A stretch of DNA of 64,000 nt from Candidatus Latescibacterota bacterium (GCA_965217585.1 OZ244561.1:7040001-7104000), one strand, 5' to 3'; shown: positions 1 through 10,587, counted from the first letter of the stretch. Numbers and translations: made by a program. The notes: a model not told the origin generated them from the sequence alone.

Positions 1-2853
1 CAGCCGTTTATCGGGGACTTAGGCGAACGCTACTCCAACTATGCCTTTAGGGGGTACCAGAACTACGACACCTTCGGCGGTCGTCCGCCCTGGATCAATA
101 TCTACGACCCCCTGGGGAATTTCCTCATCAACGGCCAGCATCTGTATTCGTGGAACCTCCGGCGCTCCGTGGAGGGGGGGACCCGCGACGGAAGCAGTAA
201 CTACGGCCCTTCCAGCCAGGCTCACATGAATGTTTTCAACGGCATCCTCTCCATCGGGGGAGAGAATCAAAAGGGGTGGGCCGGCCGCTTAATTCTCTCT
301 CATGCTCCCCTCGGCACCGGTGATCCCGAGCTCGACTTCTTCTCTGAAGGCATCATCACCCGGTTCACGCCCCTCACGTTGAACCAGACCTCCCTCCACG
401 GTGCCAGAGCAGATGTGCTCACCCCGTTCGGCGATGCGCTCTCCCTCGTCGTCGCCCGCAGGTATAAGTTTTACGACGGAAGGTTGGGGTTCAACAGCGC
501 GGACTCGGCCCTCCTGCTGGGCGGCCACTACGAGCGGCGCCTGGGCGCCCTCCGGATCGGCGCCACCTACGTCAACCAGCATCTCTTCGACCTCCGCAAC
601 CCCATCAATTCCCTCAAAGGGGAACTCCACTCCAGCGAGGTCATTCCGGCCCTGCTGGCCGTGCGGATCTCCGACGATTCGCCGCAAGACGGCCGCGGCG
701 GGCCGGTGGTCTACGGCGTAGAGTTGATCGTCAATGGCCGGCGGAGGCCGGATCTGAGGCCCGATGTGGTGCGCCAGGATCTGGGCAACCGGTTTACCAC
801 CGTGGGAAAGACCAGCCGGATGACCGGAGAATTTCGGCCGAGTACCTACTTTGATGCGAACATTGGCCGGACCACCGGTCCCTATCGGGGGATGGAGCCC
901 CCGCTGTTCGCCGACTATCTCTACCGGCGGGACTACGAACGCGATCCGACGGATCAGAACGTGGCCAAGAACGCGGATGTGGAGCGCCTGGTGCGGTTCG
1001 TCGGATGGGAGGATCCGGAGAGCATCCTGCGGGCAGACGGCACAGAATACCTGGTCTACTATTTCAATTTGGAGGGGGAACCCCACGTGCGGTCGGTGGA
1101 AATCGAGGCCACGGTGGGGAATGACTACCGCATAGAGGTCTCGGCCCTGAGTGTGGTAAACCTCGTATCCTCAACCTATGAGGGGCGCTACGATGCGCCC
1201 TTTTACAAGACCATCCGCCGGGCCCCGGGCAATATCCAGGATCTGTCCAACCTGCGCAAGGTGCGCATACCGCTGGGGCCGGATACCGGGCAGTCGGTGT
1301 GGGGGAGCAATATCGCCCTGGATCTGCCGGGCGTGCGGGTGCGGGGCGAGTACGCCCGGAGTATAACCTACCGCCGCTATCCGGATGGAACGCCGGGGGA
1401 GGGGGTGGCCCTGGCCGGGGGAGTATCGGCCCTGCGGGAGTGGAACGGGGTCCGCCATCGGACGCAGGACCGGGCCTGGTATCTCCAGGTCCAGCGGGAG
1501 GTGGACCGCTATGGGATCGGGGCCGAGGTCTTCTCCATGGGGCCTATGTTCAACGAGCGGATGACCCTCCGGCCCGGAGACGTCGCCCTGGCCTACAACC
1601 CGACCCTTGCCTCTCAGAATATCTACTCCAAAACGACCTTCCTGTCTTTCCTGGAGGACAACGACGATAAAGACTCCACCCCCGAGACTATTCTCATGGG
1701 GACCAACGGGGTCCCCGATTTTGCCGTCTTTCCGGGGTGGGATGCCGACAACGATGGGATTCCCGACATAAACCGCAATGCCAACAATGTGCCGGACTAC
1801 CTCGAACCGTTTCTGATCTACCATGTGGACCCCGAAGCCTATGTCTACGGCCCGGATTTCAACAACAACGACCTGGTGGACAGACTGGAGGACGATCGCG
1901 AGGAAGATCTGCCCTACGATCGAGATCTGCAGGGTAGGCACGTCTACGCCCGCTGGCAGGTAGTGCCCCGGCTGGATGTGACCGGGGGCTGGCTGGACTC
2001 GCGCCAGATCGCCGGGGGAGGCCGCAATGACCAGCGCTATATCCGGCTCCGGTATGAGTGGGAGCGGTCGCAGATTGGTGAATTGATAGTGGAAAACGAG
2101 CTCAAGCGGGTCTGGGACGATGTCCCGGACGATGTCTTCAGTTGGGCAGCGGCAGCGGTTGGACGTCCCGGTGGCGGTGGAGCCATTGCCCAGCAACTCA
2201 TCCAATTGGGGGGACGGTTTATCTACCGGCCGCAGTTTGTAACCGATCCTCTCAACTACCGCGACAGCCTGGTCAACCGCTTCTACCTGTCGGCAACCCT
2301 CAACTGGTTGCGGGGCTGGCAAATCGCCACCCGCTTGAAAGTAGCGCGCAACCAGCAGCGCGCCGCGCAGTTTGCCGATGGCACTGAACAGTCCAGGGAT
2401 CGGATCCGCTTATTCGCCTGGGTCCAGCAGGCCGACTACACCTACCAGTGGAGAAGGCTGCAGGTGGTCCCCGCCATAAAGGGGCTGTGGCTCAAGCAGA
2501 CGCGGCAGCGGATCGATCTGCCGCTGATCTATACCCGGACCCTGATCCCCTTGATCACCACCCGCGTCCGTCTCTCGGAGGTGACCGAACTGAAGGCCGG
2601 GATCCAGGGCCCGCCGGGCTGGTGGTATCGGGTGACGGATCTGGCGGACCCCCGCAACAGCTTCGCGGAGCAGACGATCACGGTGGTCCTCTCTAACCTG
2701 ACCCCCTACAGGGGCTATCGACTTTCCACCAACCTGGGCATCACCAACACCAAACGCCGGTTTAAGGATCCCTTCAGGTCTCTGGAAGACTTCGATACCA
2801 CGTCCCTGGTCTTGCGGGTTATATTGGGCAATGAGGTGAGCACGCTCTACTGA
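1..2853 (+). CDS. ~900-aa uncharacterised predicted outer-membrane protein with acidic Ca-binding-like core; 5' partial; paralog of 56496..59192
   Basis: Frame 1 is open from base 1 (QPFIGDLGERYSNYAFRGYQNY...), so the start lies upstream of the window. Motifs SDDSPQDG, LEDNDDKD, AVFPGWDADNDGIPDINRN, PDYLEPFL and GPDFNNNDLVDRLEDD are shared with 56496..59192. Amphipathic beta-strand pattern in the C-terminal third. Confidence 0.8.
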   Translation, partial: QPFIGDLGERYSNYAFRGYQNYDTFGGRPPWINIYDPLGNFLINGQHLYSWNLRRSVEGGTRDGSSNYGPSSQAHMNVFNGILSIGGENQKGWAGRLILSHAPLGTGDPELDFFSEGIITRFTPLTLNQTSLHGARADVLTPFGDALSLVVARRYKFYDGRLGFNSADSALLLGGHYERRLGALRIGATYVNQHLFDLRNPINSLKGELHSSEVIPALLAVRISDDSPQDGRGGPVVYGVELIVNGRRRPDLRPDVVRQDLGNRFTTVGKTSRMTGEFRPSTYFDANIGRTTGPYRGMEPPLFADYLYRRDYERDPTDQNVAKNADVERLVRFVGWEDPESILRADGTEYLVYYFNLEGEPHVRSVEIEATVGNDYRIEVSALSVVNLVSSTYEGRYDAPFYKTIRRAPGNIQDLSNLRKVRIPLGPDTGQSVWGSNIALDLPGVRVRGEYARSITYRRYPDGTPGEGVALAGGVSALREWNGVRHRTQDRAWYLQVQREVDRYGIGAEVFSMGPMFNERMTLRPGDVALAYNPTLASQNIYSKTTFLSFLEDNDDKDSTPETILMGTNGVPDFAVFPGWDADNDGIPDINRNANNVPDYLEPFLIYHVDPEAYVYGPDFNNNDLVDRLEDDREEDLPYDRDLQGRHVYARWQVVPRLDVTGGWLDSRQIAGGGRNDQRYIRLRYEWERSQIGELIVENELKRVWDDVPDDVFSWAAAAVGRPGGGGAIAQQLIQLGGRFIYRPQFVTDPLNYRDSLVNRFYLSATLNWLRGWQIATRLKVARNQQRAAQFADGTEQSRDRIRLFAWVQQADYTYQWRRLQVVPAIKGLWLKQTRQRIDLPLIYTRTLIPLITTRVRLSEVTELKAGIQGPPGWWYRVTDLADPRNSFAEQTITVVLSNLTPYRGYRLSTNLGITNTKRRFKDPFRSLEDFDTTSLVLRVILGNEVSTLY

Positions 2854-2875
2854 AATAATAAAGGGGCTCCTTGTT

Positions 2876-5800
2876 ATGACGCTCGTATTGACTATGCTCA
2901 CTCTTAGCCTGGCGGTCGCTCTCGGCACCCGGGTCACCCCGACGACCGAGAGCCTCAGGGCCGCATTTGAAGAGGCGCAGCGGTTCTATGCCCTGGAGGC
3001 CTACGACCAGGCTTTGGAGCAGTACGAGAAGGTGACCCGGATAACCAGCCGTTTCCTCGCCACCGAGCAGGTCCTGGTCACTGTGGGGGAGATAACCACA
3101 CCGGTGAAGGAGGCGGCCCTCTATCAATCGGGCAACGCCTATTTCAAGATGGCCGAGGAGGTGTTCCGCAAGGCCAGGAGGGCCGATACCGAAGTCGAGC
3201 GCGCCAAGTACACCCGCCAGGCCCGGGCCTTCCTCGAGCGGGCGGTTTCCTTCTTCTCCCGGGTGGAATCCGAAGCCGCTGTGGAAGCGTTGAGGGCCTT
3301 GGCCCAGAACAGGGTGAGAGCCTGCTGGTACGAAGCCAGAGACCACGAGCGCACCGTAGCTGTCGGACGCAAGCTAATCGAGAAGTACCCCGATTCCCCG
3401 TTCGTGGTCAATGCCATGTACGACATCGCCTGGTCCTACTTCAATCACCAGGACTACGAGGCGAGCATCCGGGCTTTTAAGGCCCTGATCGAACGCTTCC
3501 CCAAACGCTACCAGGCGGATCGCGCCCTGTTCCAGATCGGCGAGTGTCACTATCTGCAGGGGGACTACGAAAAGGCCGTGGACTACTACCAGCAGGTGGT
3601 GGATCGGACCAATATCTATGCGCTTACCGAGCGCGACCTTTTGCAGATGCGGCGGGAAAAACTGGCCGGTCTGGTGGGTGAGACCGCCCTGGAATTAGCT
3701 GTCAAGGCGCAGTTCAAGATCGGCGATTGTCATCTGGAGCTGGAGCGCTTTGACGAGGCCGCAGAAGCCTACCAGCGGGTCGTCGTCCTGTTCTCGCACG
3801 AGCGGCGCTTCACCGAAGAGGCCTATCGCCGCCTGGCGGAGCTGCACTACCAGAAGGGGGATTTCGACCAGGCGATTCAGATCTATCGGGACGCCATCGA
3901 CAAGGTGCGCAACCCGCTCTTTCAGGCCAAGATGCAATCCCTGCTGGCCAAGCGCTATCACGACAGCGGCTACTTCGATGAGGCGCTGCGGGAGTACGAG
4001 CTCTACATCAAGGCCTACGACGAGGTGGCTGACCGCGCTGGACTCCCTCTGGCTGAAGCCTATTACAACATGGGCAGGGTCTATTACGACAAGGGACTCG
4101 AATATGTCGAGGAAGAGCGGGTGGAGGAGGCTCGGGAGTTCTTCCGCCAGGCCATCGCCCAGTACAGGGCCACGATGGAAGCGTTCCCGACTACCCGTCT
4201 CCGGGTGGCGCTCCTGTTCAACATCGCGCTCAGTCAGCAGTTCACGGGGAGCGAGGTATCCCTGAATGAGGCGCTCGAAGGGTTCGACCGTATTGTCCAG
4301 GATTACCCCGACGATCCCTTCGCCGAGGGCGCTCTTTTTCAGATCGCGCGGATCCACTACCAGCGGAGGGATTATACCCGGAGCGCGGAGAGGTATGAGG
4401 AGCTGGTGCGCAGATTTCCCGATTCGCCGCAGGCACCTATGGCTCATTTCGAACTGGGTATCTGCCGTCGAGACCAGGGAAGAGCGGATCCGGCTCTCCA
4501 GGAATTCCTGAAAGTGCCCGCAACCTCTCCTCTCTTCCACAACGCCCGGCTGGAAGTTGGCGAACTGCTCATACGCAAGAACGCCTTCGATCGGGCTGTG
4601 CAGCTCCTCGACGAGGGCCTGGCAACCGCTGAGACACCAGCAGATCGGACCCGCTACGCCTATCTGAAGGGCAAAGCCTTCATGGGTCGGGAGGACTACG
4701 AACGGGCGATTCAGGCTTTTACCGAGGTCATTGACCGGACAACAGACCCCAGGCTGCTGGAGAGCTCCCTCTACGCCAGGGGGAACGCCTTGCTGAGTCT
4801 GGAACGCTACACCGAAGCAGACTGGGATCTGGAACGGCTCCTCAACCAGACAGACAACCCCAGGCTGCAAAATGGCGCTCGTCGCATGTTGGGGAAATCC
4901 CGGATCCGCCAGCATCGGGAATGGGAGGCGATCGAGAGCTACGAAGCCCTGGCAGCGCAAACGACGGATCTGGAGGAAAAGGCAGACTACCTCCTCCTCC
5001 TGGCCGAACTCTACCACGGCCTCGAGCACTACGCCCGGGTGATCGAGATCGGCCGGGAGATTGTGGAACTGGAGATCCAGGACGAGATGGTCCAGGGGAA
5101 CTACTACGTCAAGGAGAAGGCCTTCTTTCTCCTCGGCAATGCCTACAACCGACGCGAGGACTACCCATCGGTCGTGGAGACCTACACCGAGTCCATTCGC
5201 CGCTACCCCCACTCGACCTACTTGCCGCACATGGTCTTTTCCTCAGGACTCGCTTCCATGCTCATCGCTGAGGAAGAGGCGGCCGCCTCCTGGTTCGAGC
5301 GCTTTCTGGACCGGCATCCCGACCATCCCAACGTGCCCTATGCCCTCTACTACCTGGGCTATGTCCGCTTCAATCAGACCGCCTTCGAGCAAGCCCTGGA
5401 GGCCTTTGACCGGCTGGTAGCGCAATTTCCGCACAACGAACTGGTCAGCGATGCCCGGTTTAGATCCGGGGAATGTGCTTTCAATCTCGGACAGTTTCAG
5501 CAGGCCCTGAATGCTTACCTCGAAGTGGTGGAGCGCTGGCCCCACTCCGAACAGGCCGATGAGGCGCTCTACAATGGCGCCTGGGCCTTGCTGGAACGGG
5601 AGCGCGGCGAGGAGGCCGTGGCACACGTTCGCCGCCTGCTCGAAGCGTATCCCGAAAGCCCATTGTGCCCCAATGCCCTTTTCACCATCGCCGATTATCA
5701 CTACAACGAGGGGCAGTACAAGGAAGCTCTGAGAACCTACGAGGCATTCCTGGAGAAGTATCCAGACAATGAGCTAGCCGCAAAGATTCCCGAGTTCATC

Positions 5801-6124
5801 CAGGATCTCAAGGAAACGGTTGCGTTTGTAGAATATCAAAAGGCAGCAAAGGGTTTTCCAGAAGCCTTGGCTGGCCAGAACAGACAGGCCCTCGCCCGAT
5901 TCATCCCCCGATTGCAGGAGGTGGTAACGGCCTATCAGGAGACGGAGAGCGGGATTGGCGCGCTGAACAATATGGGCATCGCCTATGAATCGCTCAATAA
6001 GTGGAAAGAAGCTGTGGCGGTTTACGACCAGGTCATTGCCAGAAGTAAAAGCGAGGCCGTTAGCCCTGAGGCCTATCGATTTGCCCAACAGCACAGGGAC
6101 TGGATCGTCGCCTACCGTCTCTAA
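2876..6124 (+). CDS. Large secreted tetratricopeptide-repeat protein (BamD/CpoB-like TPR units)
   Basis: 1082 aa; hydrophobic N-terminal signal; many TPR units with YP.S/ALFQIGECHY-type signatures. Confidence 0.9.
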   Translation: MTLVLTMLTLSLAVALGTRVTPTTESLRAAFEEAQRFYALEAYDQALEQYEKVTRITSRFLATEQVLVTVGEITTPVKEAALYQSGNAYFKMAEEVFRKARRADTEVERAKYTRQARAFLERAVSFFSRVESEAAVEALRALAQNRVRACWYEARDHERTVAVGRKLIEKYPDSPFVVNAMYDIAWSYFNHQDYEASIRAFKALIERFPKRYQADRALFQIGECHYLQGDYEKAVDYYQQVVDRTNIYALTERDLLQMRREKLAGLVGETALELAVKAQFKIGDCHLELERFDEAAEAYQRVVVLFSHERRFTEEAYRRLAELHYQKGDFDQAIQIYRDAIDKVRNPLFQAKMQSLLAKRYHDSGYFDEALREYELYIKAYDEVADRAGLPLAEAYYNMGRVYYDKGLEYVEEERVEEAREFFRQAIAQYRATMEAFPTTRLRVALLFNIALSQQFTGSEVSLNEALEGFDRIVQDYPDDPFAEGALFQIARIHYQRRDYTRSAERYEELVRRFPDSPQAPMAHFELGICRRDQGRADPALQEFLKVPATSPLFHNARLEVGELLIRKNAFDRAVQLLDEGLATAETPADRTRYAYLKGKAFMGREDYERAIQAFTEVIDRTTDPRLLESSLYARGNALLSLERYTEADWDLERLLNQTDNPRLQNGARRMLGKSRIRQHREWEAIESYEALAAQTTDLEEKADYLLLLAELYHGLEHYARVIEIGREIVELEIQDEMVQGNYYVKEKAFFLLGNAYNRREDYPSVVETYTESIRRYPHSTYLPHMVFSSGLASMLIAEEEAAASWFERFLDRHPDHPNVPYALYYLGYVRFNQTAFEQALEAFDRLVAQFPHNELVSDARFRSGECAFNLGQFQQALNAYLEVVERWPHSEQADEALYNGAWALLERERGEEAVAHVRRLLEAYPESPLCPNALFTIADYHYNEGQYKEALRTYEAFLEKYPDNELAAKIPEFIQDLKETVAFVEYQKAAKGFPEALAGQNRQALARFIPRLQEVVTAYQETESGIGALNNMGIAYESLNKWKEAVAVYDQVIARSKSEAVSPEAYRFAQQHRDWIVAYRL

Positions 6125-6147
6125 ATCGACCATTGAGAGGATATGCT

Positions 6148-6678
6148 ATGAAGTGTACGCTCTGGACAGGGTTTCTGGTCTGGTTTCTCCTCAGCCCTCC
6201 GCAGGTTCGCGGGCAGGACGAGATGTTCGCCGAGGAATTGCGGGTATCGAAGAGAAAGGCGGTCTTCCTGTCCGCCCTTTTCCCCGGACTCGGGCAGATG
6301 GCCTCCGGACACAAGGTGAAGGGAGGGGCTTTGTTCTTCTCAGAATTACTCGCCCTGATCGTGGCCGTGGACGCTCACGAGGAATACAATACCCGCCTGA
6401 ACGTGTACGAGGAGTCCCTGGCCACGTACGAGGCGATGCGCGTGGGCGGCAACCACGGGGACGCCGAGGAGCAGTGGCAGGAGTTGAACAGCATAAAGAA
6501 AGATCTGGACGACCTCCACAACCGCCGGCTGGCTTTCGCCTATCCGGCCATTGGCATCTACATCGCCAGTCTCATCGATATCGCCCTGTTGCGAGAGGAG
6601 GGGACGGCCAGGAAGAAAGGCGTGGAGGCCGCTTTTATAAACGGTGCTCCCGGAGTCGTGGTATGGAAAAAATTCTGA
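6148..6678 (+). CDS. Secreted/membrane hypothetical protein (DUF5683-like)
   Basis: ATG 6148 after GAGAGG RBS; signal peptide; KAVFLSALFPGLGQ motif followed by hydrophobic segments and a coiled region. Confidence 0.65.
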   Translation: MKCTLWTGFLVWFLLSPPQVRGQDEMFAEELRVSKRKAVFLSALFPGLGQMASGHKVKGGALFFSELLALIVAVDAHEEYNTRLNVYEESLATYEAMRVGGNHGDAEEQWQELNSIKKDLDDLHNRRLAFAYPAIGIYIASLIDIALLREEGTARKKGVEAAFINGAPGVVVWKKF

Positions 6679-6731
6679 GCCCGAGACGCTCGGGGAGACT
6701 CGAAGTGTATCGTAGAGAATTAGGGAGAGTT

Positions 6732-7139
6732 ATGGAACGCCTGGGGAGTAGCATTAGTCGGAGGATGCTGGGAGTCCTGTTCATCCTCGTCCTGGGTGTC
6801 CTCGCTTGCAGCAAGGAGCACAAATCCCCTGTTTCCTTTCACAGGGGCTTACTGCAGGCTCCCCGAAGTCTCGAATCCGAGTTCGGGGATGAAAAGAGAA
6901 TCATTCTTACGTGGACCATGGATTCTCTCGCCAATGTGGCGGGCTATGTAGTCTCCATGTCCGATACTACAGGCCTCCTCAAAGAGGTCCGGGTGGACAC
7001 TACAGCCTACGTAGAAGAGTCTGACCTCACCGATGCTACCCTGGTGGATTCGCTCTGGTACTTCTTCCAGGTCAGCGCCATAGACACCAACCTCTTCCGG
7101 GGGCCTCCCTCACTTATCGATTCAGTCCTGGTCCCTTAG
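6732..7139 (+). CDS. Lipoprotein with fibronectin type III-like domain
   Basis: ATG 6732 after AGGGAG; lipobox VLAC; FN3-like pattern AP..L...IILTW...GYVV...YFFQVSAID. This is the real 3' part of the 5985..7139 ORF. Confidence 0.75.
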   Translation: MERLGSSISRRMLGVLFILVLGVLACSKEHKSPVSFHRGLLQAPRSLESEFGDEKRIILTWTMDSLANVAGYVVSMSDTTGLLKEVRVDTTAYVEESDLTDATLVDSLWYFFQVSAIDTNLFRGPPSLIDSVLVP

Positions 7140-7192
7140 GGAGAATTATCGTTTGCGGTGATGTGCTATCCCCTAAAAAAATGAGGATATAC

Positions 7193-7993
7193 ATGAATGA
7201 AGACGAAAAATACCTGTTCGACCTCAACGGCTATATCCTGATCGAGAAGGTCCTGACCCCCGATGAAATCGCTCTCGCCAACCAGGCCATCGACCGCCAC
7301 CTAGACCAGGGCACGATCCGCTCCGGGGAACGGAGCCTGTCCGGAGGATCTCCAACGCTCAAGGGCGAGCATGGACGGGGAGACCTGGGGGGGATGCTGC
7401 ACTGGGAGGAGCCCTGGTGCAATCCCTTCCGGGAAATGCTGGTGCACCCGCGGATCGTGCCCTATCTCAACGAGATTCTCGGCCCGGGCTTCCGCATGGA
7501 TCACCAGATGTCCCTGCTGTGGATGGACAAGGGGAGCGAAGGCTTTAACTTTCACGGCTCTTCGGGCCCTGGTTTCGACCCGAACCAGTACTACATCTTC
7601 CGCGACGGCAGGATGCACAATGGCCTGACCGTGGCCAGTATCCAGCTCACCGACGTGAACCCGGGGGACGGCGGCCTCATCGTCATTCCCGGTAGCCACA
7701 AGAGCAACTATCCCTGCCCCCGGGAAATGAAACTCTACCAGCAGTACCAGGAAAACGTGCGGCAAATCGCCTGTAAAGCCGGGGATGTGGTGATCTTCAC
7801 CGAAGCCGTAACCCACGGCACCCTGCCCTGGACCGCCGACCACCCGCGCCGCTCCATCCTGACCCGCTACACGGCGGGCAACCTAGCCTTTATCCCGGCT
7901 TATCCCGTTCCCGAATGGGCCAATGAAAGACAGCGGGCCGTGATGGAACCGCCGTATCAAACCCGCCTGGACCGCCCCGTACTGGATGAATAA
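7193..7993 (+). CDS. Phytanoyl-CoA dioxygenase (PhyH) family Fe(II)/2OG enzyme
   Basis: ATG 7193 after GAGGA; FDLNGY, LTDV.PGDGGLIVIPGSHK, AGDVVIFTEAVTHG and RRSI motifs. Confidence 0.9.
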   Translation: MNEDEKYLFDLNGYILIEKVLTPDEIALANQAIDRHLDQGTIRSGERSLSGGSPTLKGEHGRGDLGGMLHWEEPWCNPFREMLVHPRIVPYLNEILGPGFRMDHQMSLLWMDKGSEGFNFHGSSGPGFDPNQYYIFRDGRMHNGLTVASIQLTDVNPGDGGLIVIPGSHKSNYPCPREMKLYQQYQENVRQIACKAGDVVIFTEAVTHGTLPWTADHPRRSILTRYTAGNLAFIPAYPVPEWANERQRAVMEPPYQTRLDRPVLDE

Positions 7994-9218
7994 CCGCTTA
8001 CAAAATGAGAGCATGAGACCGATGGCAGAACTTGGACGGTTTCGGGGACCTGCCGATTTCCTGAAACTGGAAGATCTGAAGGCCAAAACCCGACGCGTTT
8101 TCTATGTCGCTCTGGCGCTTTCGTTGCTCATTCTCGGAACTACTTTCGTAGTTCTGAGCATTTCCATACCGAAAGAGCGGATAACCAGACCGCCGGTAGT
8201 GGATTTCGTCGTGCGCACCCCCAGACTCACCAAGCCCTTTGAACTGAAGAAGAAGCGCGTTCCCAAGCGGGCCATGACGCGCAAGGTATTGGCTGCTGAA
8301 CCGAAGATTCCGCGGACCATCACAGAGCGGCTTGAGAAGCCCGAGGTGTTTGGGACAGTGGAGACCTTCAGTTTTGCAGTGGAGAGTGGCGCCCGCATCG
8401 GAGGAGAAGCCATCGAGCCCCAAATTCCCACATCGATTCAGCTGACCAGTAGCAAAGAGCCGGAAAAGCGGATCAGCATGCAGGAGGAATTCGTCGACCT
8501 TTTCGCTCTGGATACGGGGAAATACAAAGGCCTCGTCATCCAGGATCCGACCGACAAGCAGAACATCCAGGGGTTTGTCTATCTGGGAATGGCTGTCGGG
8601 GAAGAACTTGACCCGCCCGGTCCCAGGACCATTCCCCAGCTGGTGGAAGCCATCAACAAGTTCACCCTGATCAACGCCAAGGTGGAGGAGCGCCTTCCCT
8701 TAGACGCGCGGGACATCTTCAAGGCGCCCTTCGTCTACATCACCGAGGCCAAGAGCTTCGATCTGACAGAGCACGAAGCCAGAAACCTGGAGAAGTACTT
8801 GAGGTCAGGCGGCTTTGTCTTTGCCGAGAACAGCACAGCCCGGCTGGAGTACGGACCGGCGGAAGCCTCCCTGCGGAAGATGTTCAAGGACGTACTCGGC
8901 AAAGACGCCCGCTTCCAGATACTCCCCAACGATCATCCGATCTACCACTGTTTCTTCGATTTCGACGACGGTCCACCACCTGGCGACGAAATCTACAGCG
9001 ATCGCATCCGTCAGGGGGTTCCATCGCCGCACCTCGAGGGGATTTTCCTCGACGGACGGCTCGTCGCCGTTTATTCCGATAAAGCCTATGGACTCCTCTG
9101 GCAGAGTGAATTTCAACACGAACCCCTGTTGAAGATGGGGATCAATCTGGTGGTCTATGCCCTTACGCAGGAGGGCTCCATCGCCCAGCAACAGATTGAC
9201 TTCTACAGTGAGAAGTAA
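7986..9218 (+). CDS. Membrane-anchored DUF4159 domain protein
   Basis: One N-terminal TM helix, Lys/Pro-rich linker, then PFVYIT..F.LT..EA.NL.KYL.SGGFVFAE, LP.DHPIYH.FFDF and LEGI..DGRL motifs. Start could be 8013 or 8022. Confidence 0.8.
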   Translation: MNNRLQNESMRPMAELGRFRGPADFLKLEDLKAKTRRVFYVALALSLLILGTTFVVLSISIPKERITRPPVVDFVVRTPRLTKPFELKKKRVPKRAMTRKVLAAEPKIPRTITERLEKPEVFGTVETFSFAVESGARIGGEAIEPQIPTSIQLTSSKEPEKRISMQEEFVDLFALDTGKYKGLVIQDPTDKQNIQGFVYLGMAVGEELDPPGPRTIPQLVEAINKFTLINAKVEERLPLDARDIFKAPFVYITEAKSFDLTEHEARNLEKYLRSGGFVFAENSTARLEYGPAEASLRKMFKDVLGKDARFQILPNDHPIYHCFFDFDDGPPPGDEIYSDRIRQGVPSPHLEGIFLDGRLVAVYSDKAYGLLWQSEFQHEPLLKMGINLVVYALTQEGSIAQQQIDFYSEK

Positions 9219-9247
9219 CTGAAGCCCCCTTATCTGGAAGTCGGGAT

Positions 9248-10486
9248 ATGTCCTTAAATTACCTCGTGAGCTTTGGCGCCTTCCTCGCCCTGAGCTTTTT
9301 GAGCGGGTGCTCCCATCTGCCGAAGATCGAACTGCCGAAGATCGAATATAGCTCAGACCTCATCCCGAAAGAGAAGAAGAGCGAAGTCTACTCCGCAGGC
9401 GATGAGGGAGTAGTCTCCTATTATGGCCTGGAAGGTCTGAGGATCGATGTCCAGTATCTCGACGACAAGACCCTCAACCAGATGTTTCCCGACGATTCGA
9501 AAGGGGAAAAAATCTCCACAAATCCCTACACCTACGGTGACTGGGTCGATCCGAACCTAGGGTACACCCCCAATCGCTTTACGGTCTTCAGGGTCTCGGT
9601 TTTCAACTACACCTACCCGAAGATGTTGCTAGATCCTCTGCAAGCGATTCTGCTGACAGACCGCGGGGAACTCCTGGAGTCGTATACGGTCTCTCCCAGA
9701 GCCCAGCGCAAGAGCCTGGAAGGATATTATCGAGCATTGCGAGGCATCAGCGGGAATGAGCACCATCGGTTCTCCAAACGGATTGGCATTGTACGGGGTA
9801 CTATCTACGGAGAGGACGAACTCATCTTCAAGGGAGAAAGCTACAGTGGATTGCTCGTCTTCGAGTCTCTTCATCCCGAAGTGGGCAACGTCCGTCTAAT
9901 CTGCAAAAATGTCGCCTACAAGTTCGATACGGCAGGTAAGCCTATTGCAACAGTCGATATCCCTTTCGATTTCCGCCGTACTATTACCCATCAGTTGGTC
10001 GAGAAGGCGGAAGAAGAGGAGCAGGCTTTAGAGACCGTGCGGGTGGTAATCCAAGGCCCACTTCAGCTCAAAGGCAACCAGCCGGGAGACGTCGCGAGGA
10101 ATGCGGCTGCCCTCAATTCTGTGGTGAGTCAAAACATCCGGGATCTGAACCGTTGTTTTCGAGCGCAGTTTGACAAAGGCGAAGCTATTGCAGGGGAAGT
10201 TGTGGTCCGGTTTATTATTCGGGTTAACGGACTTGTAGAAGGGGTAGGTGTTGCTAAATCGACGGTGGCGAGCAAGGCTGTGGAAGAATGTATCGTGGAC
10301 GAGGTAGCGCGGTGGCGGTTTAGCCCGGCTGGCCAGTTTATCGAGGAGGTAGGGGCGCGAGAAACGCTTGGCCTGCCGGGCGAAGAGGAACGCGGAGCTG
10401 GGCCGGCTGCTCGACCCCGAACGAGACCTCCCCTCACCGATGTAGACGTGGTTTATCCATTCATCTTTGAGAGTATCGAGGAATAA
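9248..10486 (+). CDS. Lipoprotein with C-terminal TonB-C / AgmX-PglI-like domain
   Basis: Lipobox LSGC; C-terminal RCF...GEVVVRFII..NG.V..V....ST......VEECI......WRF...V.VVYPFIF. Confidence 0.75.
   Translation: MSLNYLVSFGAFLALSFLSGCSHLPKIELPKIEYSSDLIPKEKKSEVYSAGDEGVVSYYGLEGLRIDVQYLDDKTLNQMFPDDSKGEKISTNPYTYGDWVDPNLGYTPNRFTVFRVSVFNYTYPKMLLDPLQAILLTDRGELLESYTVSPRAQRKSLEGYYRALRGISGNEHHRFSKRIGIVRGTIYGEDELIFKGESYSGLLVFESLHPEVGNVRLICKNVAYKFDTAGKPIATVDIPFDFRRTITHQLVEKAEEEEQALETVRVVIQGPLQLKGNQPGDVARNAAALNSVVSQNIRDLNRCFRAQFDKGEAIAGEVVVRFIIRVNGLVEGVGVAKSTVASKAVEECIVDEVARWRFSPAGQFIEEVGARETLGLPGEEERGAGPAARPRTRPPLTDVDVVYPFIFESIEE
9317..9346 (+). repeat. Exact 15-bp tandem duplication (LPKIE x2)
   Basis: ctgccgaagatcgaa occurs twice in tandem, in frame. 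Confidence 0.9.
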
Positions 10487-10587
10487 TCTACTCCGGTGTC
10501 AGGGCGCTGGTTGCCCGCCGTGCTGTCATCAGTCGCTAGGTTGAGCCGCACGGGTTTCCGCAACACTTTTTTCTCTCCAAAGGGATT

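Noticed and set aside
3695-5230. Long antisense ORFs (also 1171..2322, 14011..15273, 43338..44489, 60021..61412)
   Set aside because: Shadow frames of real genes in GC-rich DNA, with no motifs.
5985-6731. 5' extension of the 384-aa ORF 5985..7139
   Set aside because: Overlaps two better genes; only the part from ATG 6732 (RBS, lipobox) looks real.
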